From: Pseudovirgaria hyperparasitica
Lineage: Eukaryota
Length of the DNA stretch: 64,000 nt
Direction: 5' to 3' (one strand)
Assembly (NCBI GenBank): GCA_010093815.1
Contig: ML996574.1
Position 1 is the first letter of the stretch. The number at the start of each line of letters is the position of its first letter. The notes under the pieces were generated by a model. That model ran no database searches. It saw nothing but the letters and a program-made list of their open reading frames with translations, and was not told the DNA's origin. Both the position numbers and the translations under genes were made by a program. This document shows, piece by piece, positions 1 to 10,566 of the stretch.

Positions 1-134
1 TAGCCATCATTACGTCTTTCACCTATTACGATTGCGCAGACTTGCGCCCCGTAGCCACCCTATCCATTAAGCCTCGTCCTTGTCACCTCTCAGGCCGCTC
101 GCTAGCCGCCCGTCAATAGGCCCACATACTCAAC

Positions 135-1169
135 ATGAAGACACTCGCCTCTGTCCTATACACTCTCGCCTTCATCCCTCTTCTCGCGACAGTTACACAT
201 GCACAAGATGATCTGCCAGACCTGAACACTGTGCCAAATGCCACTGGACGCGCAGAGTCGACTGCCGCTCCGGAGTCAACGCAGCCGCCGTCCTCTTCAG
301 CCGAGCCTACATCGCAGCCTCCATCTCCGGCAGACACGGGTGCTTTTCATTTGACAGGTCTTCCTACGATCGCTGGGGCACTGAACCCCACGGTAGGAGT
401 TCCATACACTGCTGATGCACCGTACATGCAAAAGTCCTCCTTGCCTGAAGGGACCGTTTTCATTTGTGTCGGTGCTGCGCTTGGCTTCCTTGGTGCCTGT
501 ATACTAGCATGGCGTGGTGCAGTCGCTTGGTCTCTTCATCGCTCGGCCAAACGTGCTGCTGCCGTGAACTATCCGGGCGAGAAGATCAATCTGCGTGGAC
601 CAAGCGGTGGTGTTTATTCCGGGGTTGCAGCCAGCTCGACTTTGACTCTCGATAAGCCAAACGTGCTTGCCAAGAAACATCTCAGTGCCGCGCCCTCAAA
701 CATTTCCAATGGCAAGCGAGCCACATCGTCCCTCTTCTTCTCCCCAACTGCAGGTCCGGGCCATCAATCGCAGAATCGCTCTTCCTCGTACCTTCCAGCA
801 GGTTATTACGCCCCAGGAAACTCTACCCCCACAGGGAGCTCTGCCAATCTCGGTCAAGGTCCCAGTTCGCTATCTCTTAATCCTTCAGCTGCTGGTTATA
901 ATCGTGCTCGCAGCACTGGTCCGTCGCCACCGGGATCTCCAGCACTTCCTAGTCGCGATGGTTATCCCCGTGCAGCTCGTGGCCGAGACTTCGATAGCTT
1001 TTCCCGTAGCAGTGTGGTCAACACTGGTGATCGCAGCCGCTCAGTGTACGCTGGACGCCCAAGCACCAGCAGCCTCAATCTGTCGGTGGCTCCAGAGGGC
1101 CGAGCGCCGAGTGCATACTTGGAAGATCTGTTCGAAAATCATGGCAGCGGACCGCGCGAAAGACATTAA
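135..1169 (+). CDS. Single-pass membrane protein, Csi2/Prm5-like
   Basis: 344-aa intronless ORF. It has an N-terminal signal peptide, an S/T/P-rich ectodomain, the motif PYMQKSSLPEGTVFICVGA followed by one TM helix, an SLFFSPT motif and C-terminal RAPSAYLEDL, as seen in fungal Csi2-like proteins. Confidence 0.75.
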   Translation: MKTLASVLYTLAFIPLLATVTHAQDDLPDLNTVPNATGRAESTAAPESTQPPSSSAEPTSQPPSPADTGAFHLTGLPTIAGALNPTVGVPYTADAPYMQKSSLPEGTVFICVGAALGFLGACILAWRGAVAWSLHRSAKRAAAVNYPGEKINLRGPSGGVYSGVAASSTLTLDKPNVLAKKHLSAAPSNISNGKRATSSLFFSPTAGPGHQSQNRSSSYLPAGYYAPGNSTPTGSSANLGQGPSSLSLNPSAAGYNRARSTGPSPPGSPALPSRDGYPRAARGRDFDSFSRSSVVNTGDRSRSVYAGRPSTSSLNLSVAPEGRAPSAYLEDLFENHGSGPRERH

Positions 1170-4152
1170 ACGATTTTACTACGAGGTTACTATGCTAGAG
1201 TTAGCGTATCTTGTGAATACTGGCGGACACATGTCTCAATTAATGTATCATTGAGCAGATTAGCCAGCATGCACTCACATCGAGCGCAACATATTTGGAT
1301 CATCAACTGGCGTTATATGGCCGATTTCAGGCTTGGTCCGGGCAGGAGATTTCTTTGCGATTTGTATCGCAGTAGTGGGCACGACGCCCTTTTCATGCTG
1401 TTGTAATTCTAGTCTTGCAATACTGCATCGCCCGTCAACGCACTGGGGCATTTAACGTTTTCGTCCTGCGCTATGTCGTGATTGAATGTTGCGTCTCAGT
1501 TGAATGATCTTGACCTGTGTAATGTGAAATGTGAAATATGAAATGTTCGGGAGCGGAACTGCGGAGTCGTGTTTGGTGGTACTGCAGCCATTCCGTCGGG
1601 ACCGTTCAATGCATCGGGTCCATCCGCAGACACACATACAACTTCAAAGCATGCCATTACTATATCTTGGTTCAATGCCCTCATTATTACTATCCTATCG
1701 GTCCTTTGCCCCCCCCTGAAAATCGCGCACTGTGGATGTCCATGAATTGGATGCGATAGAGTAGGGATCAGACCACCAGACAGTCACGGCTCATTTATCG
1801 ATGTTTAAAATGGGAATTTGGTGCAGAATTCCATGCCCCGACACGGGAGAGAGATAACGGCCATGACGCAAGTGAGTCTGCGACGACTATCCATCGAACG
1901 AGCCATGGTAGTACAACCCATGCTGAGCTTTTCGATGAACTGTGGTGGCAGGTAAATGTAGCATGATGGCATGGTTCTGCGGAGTTTTGTGTGCTGCGAA
2001 CAGTGTTATGCTCAAGGATTCATTGGTGTACCTTTGTTCATGGAGAGTTGTATCTGGGTCTGACACTAGGTTCGGCTTGGTCTCCTTCGTCAGTCGTCGT
2101 GCTGATACTGCTTGCCTGAATTCCCTGCTCGTGGTTTTAGAATTGCTAAAGGAAACATACTGGCAATTTCCTCGTCTCTCCAGTCTATCCTAGAGTCGAC
2201 GGAGGCGAGGTTGTCAAGTCCGGCATTCGTTCCCATGGTACATGTTGGCGAGTTCCTGCTTTCTATGCTAACGTATGAGTAGTAAAGTAGTATGTTTGCT
2301 ACAGTAATTATATGGAGGAAGCACTATTGAACAGTCGTTGTGATGCCATATGATAGCCTTGCCAAAGAGGCAAAGCTCTCATGATATCTAGTGGGCAGTC
2401 GAAGCTTCTCGAGGCAGGACTATGTTCTCTGTGCCACTGTTTGTTAGACTACCTCGTGTAGGATCTTCTCATCACATGGCTTTTTCCCATATTGTTTCAC
2501 GCAGAATTGCCAGCCTAATGGCTTCACCCTTTGTCCTTCGTTTCCTGGGCACAGTGTTGATAGTTCGTGTCGGGTGGCGGGTGGGAAGATTCTAGTGGTA
2601 AGACCGTACGAGCAATTTTCTCCATTCTAGACGTACTAGCTATATAGATAGCTCCTATATGAAATTTGTAGTTGGCCCTTGTGCTCTGATTTTTGCTGCT
2701 ATCGCGCTCGATTTCGGGATCAGAAGCCTTCCCTGACTTTGCCTACGACCATGGGTGATTATTCCGGGTCCACGTACGGGACCAATTCTCATGTCGTTCG
2801 GAATCCATGATAAGTTCCGAAGCATATGCAAGTAGATATACAGGTCGGGTTTGTGGTTCTCTTGACAAAGCTTGTGTACATACGTTTCACAACCATGGTC
2901 GGAGGAGGACTCCCTGTTAGACCTTATCAATGCTCACCATAGGGATATATTAGGCTTCTGCTAGACCCTGCGCATCAGGGACTGTCGAGTACTGTGGGTA
3001 GCTACTAGTCTGAGCATATCCCAACAGTATGTGGGCTGGAACGTTTGAGGAAGCAGAATGCTGACCGCCAGAAACATGGCTTGTTGGGTTGGCCATGAGT
3101 ATTGTCTTAGAAAGTCAATGCGTAAGTCTGCGTTTGGGCAGCTGTATACCTTCAAGCGTTATGTGAAGGCTGGTCTTTGTCTGAACCAGCAAAGTGACTG
3201 TAGCTATAGACTTGTGGCTGCTGGGTCCATCATGTATACTCATACTGCTGTGCATACGCTGAACTGCCTTGAGTATAGTCTGGATGGTTCGACTGATGGT
3301 TTTGACCGCCTTGGGTAGTATTTTGTTGTGGATTGACCTGAAGTTTTGATCGAACGTGGCATAGTACGAGCCATAGCCAGAAGAAGAGCTAGGTTGAGAC
3401 ACCATATTCCATAGGACACGTAGTCATGCCACTGCTCGGTGGTCTTAAAGCTCTGTATCTGCTAGTAGTGGCTCCGAGATCGCGATCCATTCCGTGAGAG
3501 CTTTGAGGCTCGAGTTCTGCTGCGAGTGGAATCACCTCAAACAGTTGTCAGACTCGATCGGGCTCTGCCTCTCCATGTGATTGACAGATGTAGCAGATCA
3601 TGATTTGGAACGACGTACTCGTCTTCATATCCCTCCAGCGTTCTTGGTATCTTAGTTCTACGTGAAACCAAGACCAAGGTCGTGGTCGTTGGTATGCAAA
3701 CCTGTCTAGGAGGTCTGGTATTTTGCCCTTGGGCGATAATCGGTCAAACCTCATGCAACAGTGCTCATAGGGCTGAGACTACAAATCCCATCGGTACGCA
3801 CTGAGACATGTAGATCTTAGGACAGCCATAGGACTGACATGCGTTGGTGCTAGATCCCTCCATGGCAAGCTTGCGAAGATCCAAACAGGTGGAAAGGAGT
3901 AATTGCCTGCTTATCATTACTGGCTGCTTGTCTCTGAAGATAAAGACGTGATTCGTTCGCTGTTTGTCTCTGATTATGAAGAATGACCTACAGTGACAGA
4001 ATCCTAACAGTACGCGGTTTCTCTACGCCTGTCGGAAGTCGCTATAAGGCAGACCCAGACATATATAAACTCCTCGTTATTCAGGCACATTGCATGGTGC
4101 ACCTCCTCTCAGGGTCCTTCTCAGCAACATCTCAGTCCCATACTATCTTGAT

Positions 4153-4344
4153 ATGTGCAAATACTATGAGCACATGGTAAAATACCGTGAGTGCAAGAGG
4201 TCGGACGCAAACCATACGAAGCTGAAGGTGCATATTGTTCCGTGCGATCCAGGCGAGAGAATTCCGTGGTGCCTCGGATCCAGCTCTATTCATGGAACCT
4301 GCTGGGGATGTGGTAATAGCTTCTCTGAGTATCTTGCGGAATAA
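4153..4344 (+). CDS. Small Cys/His-rich hypothetical protein (63 aa)
   Basis: ATG at 4153 gives MCKYYEHMVKYRECKRSDANH...C...C...CWGC. A TATA-like CATATATAAA lies at about 4060-4069. The MCxx...C...H...CxxC pattern is typical of small fungal putative Zn-binding proteins. Confidence 0.5.
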   Translation: MCKYYEHMVKYRECKRSDANHTKLKVHIVPCDPGERIPWCLGSSSIHGTCWGCGNSFSEYLAE

Positions 4345-4532
4345 TGCTGACACGGACTAGCCAAGAATCAATAGTCAACATTCATACTCTCGATGTAAAG
4401 CATCATCAACAAGGCTGATAGCACATACTTTCTTGCTTTGGGTTGCTGAGCTCAGCTCGTGTTTGCTAAGCTGAGAAGTAAGGATACTACCTACGGAAGT
4501 GTGACTCATGCATGTCGAGGCAGCAACATGAA

Positions 4533-5261
4533 TCAGGGAGACATATGCCTCACGCTGCTCAGTATCTCTTCCGCGTCCTTGTGATGTAACTGAAGGCAAT
4601 TGGCAATTAGATCCGCGACATTCTTCGGTTCTATCCTTGACAGATCAGGTAGTCCATTGTGCTTAATCTTCTCCATCTTCTCATCTGGATTCAGAAACAG
4701 CCCATGATAGAGTCGGATTCCGGTTGACATTTCGTAAAACGCAAGTCCCAACTCGAACATGTCTTCGGTTTTCCGCTCATCTGTCAGAGGCCAGGTCGCA
4801 CTTGTGAAGTCCCCAAGGTGCACGTTGTATTCTTCGTCCAAGAAGAGATTATCACAAGTGACATCTCCATGAGCGACATGATTCTGATGGAGGAAACACA
4901 GTGCAAGTGTAGTCTGCTCGATCCAGCGTAATATAGTAGTATGGGATACGGAATTCTCGGGTACGCTGAGAAAGCGCCGCATTGAGTTGTTCCTTGCGTA
5001 TTTAAGAAGTATTCCTTTGCCACATTTACTCTTGCCTTGGTATGTCAGAAGCGAGGGTGGCCTCTCTATCTTCGATTGGCTGAGGTGTTCGTAAATCGCG
5101 GCCTCCAATTTGCACCGCTCGTTGTCGTCGGAGTCGCCATGATAGAACTTAATCACTGTTTCGGTGCCAGGTATCAAGGCGGCCAATCCAGAGGTACCTC
5201 CTCCGATCAGATCTTCACATGTTATACCTGGAGGTAGCTCAACAACAATTCTTGATGCCAT
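4533..5261 (-). CDS. Protein kinase-like protein (minimal, non-RD)
   Basis: Gly loop GGGTSG, VIK lysine, alphaC Glu (KLEAAIYEHL), catalytic HGDVTCDN, DFT in place of DFG, and subdomain IX DMFELG. First ATG is at 5261. Confidence 0.8.
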   Translation of the reverse strand: MASRIVVELPPGITCEDLIGGGTSGLAALIPGTETVIKFYHGDSDDNERCKLEAAIYEHLSQSKIERPPSLLTYQGKSKCGKGILLKYARNNSMRRFLSVPENSVSHTTILRWIEQTTLALCFLHQNHVAHGDVTCDNLFLDEEYNVHLGDFTSATWPLTDERKTEDMFELGLAFYEMSTGIRLYHGLFLNPDEKMEKIKHNGLPDLSRIEPKNVADLIANCLQLHHKDAEEILSSVRHMSP

Positions 5262-5876
5262 GGATAAAAGTCGCCAGTATAAGGAGAAACAAGGACTGAG
5301 CCTCTGCAAGCCTGTCGGTTATCCGGCGTGTGTAGTATATGAAGATGTACTACAAAGAGGAAACGACGTCGGCAAAATTCGTTGATGCCGACTTACGTCT
5401 ACAGATCTAGTTAGCGTGGATTGGATACCATTTGACCTTTGTAGCGTTGGTAACATAAATTGTGCTCTATTAATATTACATAGTTTAGGGACCTATAATA
5501 TCATCTCAATAACAAGAAGTATTATAATACCTCTTATACTCGGTATTTGTTATCTTTATATAGATATCTATACAAAGATACACGTATAGATACTAGCTAT
5601 ATTTTACTTTGTCACTAATGAATATCATACCAAGCAAACAAAGAGAATCCATGGCAGATGATCCACTCTGTGGTACGTGCGTCGAAGACGTGATGTGAAA
5701 GTACCACTTCAGCGCTGTGTCGACATCCATTCCATTCCACGGGCACACCGGTGCCACGCCACTCACGCTATCTGTGACTGTATCTTTCTTTCTGTTCTAA
5801 GAAATTGTTGTATTGAGTAGAAATTGAGTCTGTAAGAGACGGTTCAAGTATACAACGCTAACTACTAGTGTTACAA

Positions 5877-6046
5877 CTATTCGAGGAAGTGTGAATGAAG
5901 TAAAATCTTGATGAGGCAGAGGTGAGGCTTGCTTCCATCAAAGTAGAGAGTTTTCATCAATATAAGGAGGAAAATGAGGTTCTGAAGGGCTTATTACAGT
6001 GAAGAGCCGGGCTCATAACCTATTCGAGGAAGTTTGAATGAAGTAA
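5877..6046. repeat. 27-bp direct repeat pair
   Basis: CTATTCGAGGAAGT(G/T)TGAATGAAGTAA occurs at 5877-5903 and 6020-6046 with one mismatch. Confidence 0.85.
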
Positions 6047-6189
6047 TTGAGGCATTCAAAGTGTATTGTAAAAGTGTGTAGAGAACTAAGTCAGAGAGAC
6101 TCAGAAGAAGACTATTTAACCGTGGGGACACTAGTCCCCTTTAGGAAGCCATGTCCCTCACTCATAGAACTTTCCTGCAACAACAACGA

Positions 6190-7091
6190 GAGTAGTTCCT
6201 TCCACATCTTCTGTGATTACGTCCTGTTCATCTTAGTAGCAAGCAGCGATGCAACAGACCTTCTAATGGGCATTGACCCACCCTCTCGCGTTAGAAGTCT
6301 TTCAGACCCAAGGGAGTCTCAAATGTGCGTATGACTCTCACACTTCTGGTGTTCCTGACTGACGTGAATCCTTGAAGTGGCGTCTGGATCCAGGTAATCT
6401 AGGTCTGTTGCGTGAGTGAAGTCCTCAAATAGACGTCTGGCTCCAACTTTTCCAGCTTTCTTACGCAAGTTGAATCACGAATTTGGCGGCTGGATACAAG
6501 TTTTACACAGTATGCAGCCGGTCGTAATCCAGTTTGAGCTCGAGTAGCACTTCCCAAAACCGATGCAAGATGATGGTATTTATACATCATGTATGATATG
6601 TGGTACGAAAATGATACAAGCCCTCCGCAGGAACTGCCAAATCCTCTCTTGGCTATACAAATTATGCCTCTGCTACCTGCCCACCACCGCCTCCCCCCTC
6701 ACTTCATCTCCCTTCTCACCTCCTTCTCTCCATCCCCAACCACCTTCTCCTCACCCCCGTACACCGTCCTCTCCTTCTCTGCCTCTTCAGAGCCGCCCTC
6801 CTCCTCCCTCTCTCTCCTCTCCTCCGGGTCCAACTCCGTCGTCGCCTCACTCGCATTGTCCTGTGGCTCTTGACCACGGGACTTCTGCCCAACTCGGGAG
6901 CCTTGAAGGTGCCATCGGCGGTCCCGGACTCTATCGTACATAGGCCTCGAAGGCCGAGCAGTGATGGGGGCAGGGCGGAGGGTGATGTGTACCCATCCAT
7001 CAGAGGTGGTGATGGTGGGCTCCGTGCCCATTGGAGCACGGCGGACGGGAGATCTTGGGGGAGGGGTGGGAAGGGAAGGTTCTTGGGCCAT
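6190..7091 (-). pseudogene. Probable SRR1-domain pseudogene
   Basis: The N-terminal ORF carries TSDGWVHIT, like the DGWTHV of fungal SRR1 proteins. Downstream fragments in shifted frames, broken by stops, read QERIWQFLRRAC, SSCIGFGKC and LFEDFTHATDLDYL, resembling the SRR1 CLGLGS and QDPxF..D..L motifs. 3' boundary approximate. Confidence 0.45.
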
Positions 7092-9231
7092 TAGTATTGT
7101 AAACCGTGTAAAGCTGTGTTAGGAGGCTGACTTTTGGGCTCAGAGGCCCGGGCAGTTGACAAGGAGTTGTTGGCCATCTTGTGGATATAGTGTGTGTGGT
7201 AGTGAAGATCTATTGTTTACAGCGATGATCAGCTTACAGTACAGATTGATAGTAGGGTTTAATTGCCAGAAGCTCTACTGGCTATGCCTGGAATGAGTAG
7301 GGTAACTTACGATATAACGTTTTCCTTGAAGTTGATGTATTTCAAGTGTGTTGCTTGTTGGAGGAAATCTAGAGGAAGTGAAATTGTGTGTGCTTTTATG
7401 TGTGCGTCTAGCGGTAAGGAAATGTCCGCCAAGACAATGTTCACTGTCAATACTTCAGATATCTCTTCCTGAAACAGCATCACCTTGAGCTAGCTCCTCG
7501 AAAGCATCTTTTCTACAGACATCACAACTTCGACGAGCTCGTCTGAGCAGTGTTTCTCCAAGCACTTACTGTGACATGGACCAGATACAAGTGGCATGCC
7601 AGAGCAAAGGATCCAGACCCCTTTTGCCCTCGAAAACAGATCAGAAAAACAGAGGCACCTTCATCACAAAATCACACGACAGGCTTTCACTGGCAGATCT
7701 TGACTTATCCCGTCTACCAATCAAACACCAGGCATCACGCTTGACGATATCAAAGAATCAGAAAGCAAGATCGTACTCTTCCATACTTTCATTGCAGTCC
7801 AGACAATGGTTCAAAGAAAAGCTATCATTTAAACCATGAAACCAAATACTCGTCAAAGACCATGTTTCCTAGGCAAGCAGAGCACACGACGACCGGAATA
7901 TAGCTTCTCATGAGCTTCAAAATGCCAGTAAAGAAACATCCGTTCAACAACAGATCACTCGACGAAGGATACTGGACAAAAGAAGAAGAACACACAACAA
8001 CGCAAGAAAGAGACTAGAAAAGTCGACCAGTGACCAGCCCTGCGTTCAAAAGCAGTGTCTACAAGACTTCATATAGACACTGTATGCTACTCATCCACTG
8101 TACCTTCAGGTACCTTCAGTGTACCTCATTAGCTTACCGATCTACGCAGCAGATTCTCCTGATGACGTAGGACGATGATGAGACCTACCCTCAGGTGTTT
8201 TTGTCCAATGAGATGAACATTCCTTTGAATAACCCACTTATGTCATACAGAATCAGGCAGAACCCAAGAACACACTCCTCGAAAGCGACATATAAACACC
8301 ACATCACTCAAGACTGACTCGCAAGTCATTGTACAAAGTTCCAGAAAGACCTAAACAAAGAGACACAACGACACCTAGCCACCACGTAAAAGATTGTAAC
8401 AAGTCTCAAAGAGTACGAAAAACAAACCGAGTACAGACCGAACCGCAAACGATCATGATCGATCCCACCGAGTTGCTGCAAGAGAAAAAGAGTGACTAGC
8501 AATCATACCCCCAACACAACATCCCTACATCAGAAACACTATGTATCAAGGGATAGAAACAGTAATATGCGGAAGCAAAGTCTTGACGCCGAATACCTCG
8601 TACCCAATGACTGGACCTGGATTCCTGGAACAACAAGGAATACACAGCAGAGAATAAGATACGATTGACGACATCAAAACCACCTGGATGTGAAATCAAG
8701 ATCTATGAGCAAACTAGCGATAAAAGAAAGATATGAGAACCGCAAAAGCATCCGTCGGAAACGACGATGATACCAGATCTCACCAAGAGGCAGCGATGAT
8801 GCCTGAGGCAGGCCTCCACGGAGCACTCGCCGAAATCACGACTTCAGCAGCGAGATTCTAGATCCTGAATACTTATTAGCGACGTATGACTGAAACGATA
8901 TAATCTAGAGACTTGCTTCAGGAAGTAATACTCTAGATTATCGTGCTGAGGCTTAATCCTAAGGACTCCACCAACACCATGCGCTCAGGCCTCAGGCCTC
9001 AACCCACCCTCACCCAAGCATCACCAGCATCAGCAACCCAACAATCCAGCAGCTCACCCACAACACCGCAATAAACCCCCCAAAAAAGCCCATCAAACAA
9101 TCACCAGCAAACCCATAACCCACCTACCAAGCAAAAAAAAAAAAACCATATACCACACAACCCAACTCCACGCAGCACTCTTTCTACTTAAGCAGTAGTC
9201 AAAAACCCAAAAAGAAGCCTGCACAGCAGCA

Positions 9232-9240
9232 GACTCGAAC
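9232..9240 (-). promoter_or_regulatory. Pol III B-box downstream of U6
   Basis: GTTCGAGTC on the minus strand about 20 nt past the T6 terminator matches the GTTCRANYC consensus. An internal A-box-like TGGTCAATTTG is also present. Confidence 0.7.
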
Positions 9241-9260
9241 AGCGCCCCAAAAAATTCTCC

Positions 9261-9360
9261 AAAAAATGTGTTACTCTCTTTGATTAAGCGTGTCATCCTT
9301 AGTGCAGGGGCCATGCTAATCTTCTCTGTATCGTTTCAAATTGACCAAATGCCCGAAGGC
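9261..9360 (-). ncRNA. SNR6: U6 spliceosomal snRNA
   Basis: The minus strand reads GCCTTCGGGCATTTGGTCAATTTGAAACGATACAGAGAAGATTAGCATGGCCCCTGCACTAAGGATGACACGC...TTTTTT. It contains the 5' UUCG stem-loop, ACAGAGA box, AGC triad, ISL and oligo-U end. Confidence 0.97.
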
Positions 9361-9380
9361 GAAGACTGCTGCAGTTGAGT

Positions 9381-9390
9381 AAAATATAAA
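9381..9390 (-). promoter_or_regulatory. U6 TATA box
   Basis: TTTATATTTT on the minus strand about 21-30 nt upstream of the U6 5' end. Confidence 0.7.
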
Positions 9391-10566
9391 GAGCTTGCAA
9401 AAGGAAGTGTGGGTGTGTGTGTGTGGGAGGAGCGACGGCGGTTGGCAGAGTGGGCCGGCCCCTAGGCAGGCGCACCACAGAGAAGCGTGCACGGTTGTGT
9501 GCAGGGGGCTCTGGCGGGTGGGTTTGGGCCAGTAGGTTTGCAGCTATCTCATCATGCGGGCTTGGCTGAACCCGGGGACCTGGAAGTTAATATTTTAGCA
9601 CGCCTAATTACCTGCCTGGCTAGGTAGGCTGCGCTGCATCGGATTTGGGTGGAGTACTGCGCAACTGGCGGAGGGAGCAGAAGAGAATCATTACACGCAA
9701 AGCAGCGCAGCGCAGCGCTTACGACGATGAAACCCATCGAAGACGTACGTCCACTCGCATGATATCGATCCAAGTCTATTGTGCCGCGGACGGTTACGAG
9801 TCTGGCTCTACATCCAACATTTGGGTTAGGAGGCACGACTTCTTACAACAGGCTGTGTGAGCTTTGTATAGACCTTCAAGCCTGGACTCAGTCTGAAAGA
9901 GCAAACATCCTATTGTAGTATATTTTGGGCGATGCACTGTCTTCACTCTTAATCACATGACGTGACTGCCAGGATTCATCAAAAGGGCTCACTTATCAAG
10001 ACAAGGTGTGAGAGGAAACCCTAGACAGCGAACTCAAATGTGAGAAGTTACAATTTCTCGTTTTTCATTCCATTCATTCATTACGAATCATCTGACTCAT
10101 GTCCTTTGCAATGGCATTTGCAGAGCAGTTGTTGCAATCACAATACCAGCCCTTGCCTTCAATACCGTCCGTATGCACGAACTCATAATAAGAGTAACGT
10201 GTCACTCAGCCTCTATATGTGCATTCACCATTATCCTTCTATATTCCCGTTGCGCCTTGAAAGAAAGAAAAATCCCCCTTGGGATACTCCCGAGATGCCC
10301 TATTGTGACTGTACTCTGTACAGATGCTGAAAAGATTCAAAGTGTACCGTCCGCCGTGGGCAATTATGCAGTAAATACTAGATCAACTAGAAATGAATAT
10401 ACGTCGCTGTGTTTGTGTCGTCCGGTTGTTTCCATGTCGGGGGAGGGAGAGAACTGATGTATATGTACAGAATTGAGGCGTTACGGCTATCTGGGCGAGC
10501 CGGTCGACGGTTTGCCTATGTGGTGGATGTGGCCATCCGAGACGGTTCAGATCCGTGCCGTATCGA

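Noticed and set aside
667..1254. 195-aa overlapping ORF and the many other antisense or alternate-frame ORFs within genes
   Set aside because: Shadow frames of well-supported coding sequence, with no motifs.
5877..6046. 27-bp repeat pair as a CRISPR array or LTR
   Set aside because: Only two copies 143 bp apart, eukaryotic context, no cas genes and no TG...CA LTR ends.
9400..9900. GC-rich inverted repeats upstream of U6 (e.g. GCTGCGCTGC/GCAGCGCAGC)
   Set aside because: Low-complexity pentamer repeats explain the pairing and no known RNA motif was recognised.
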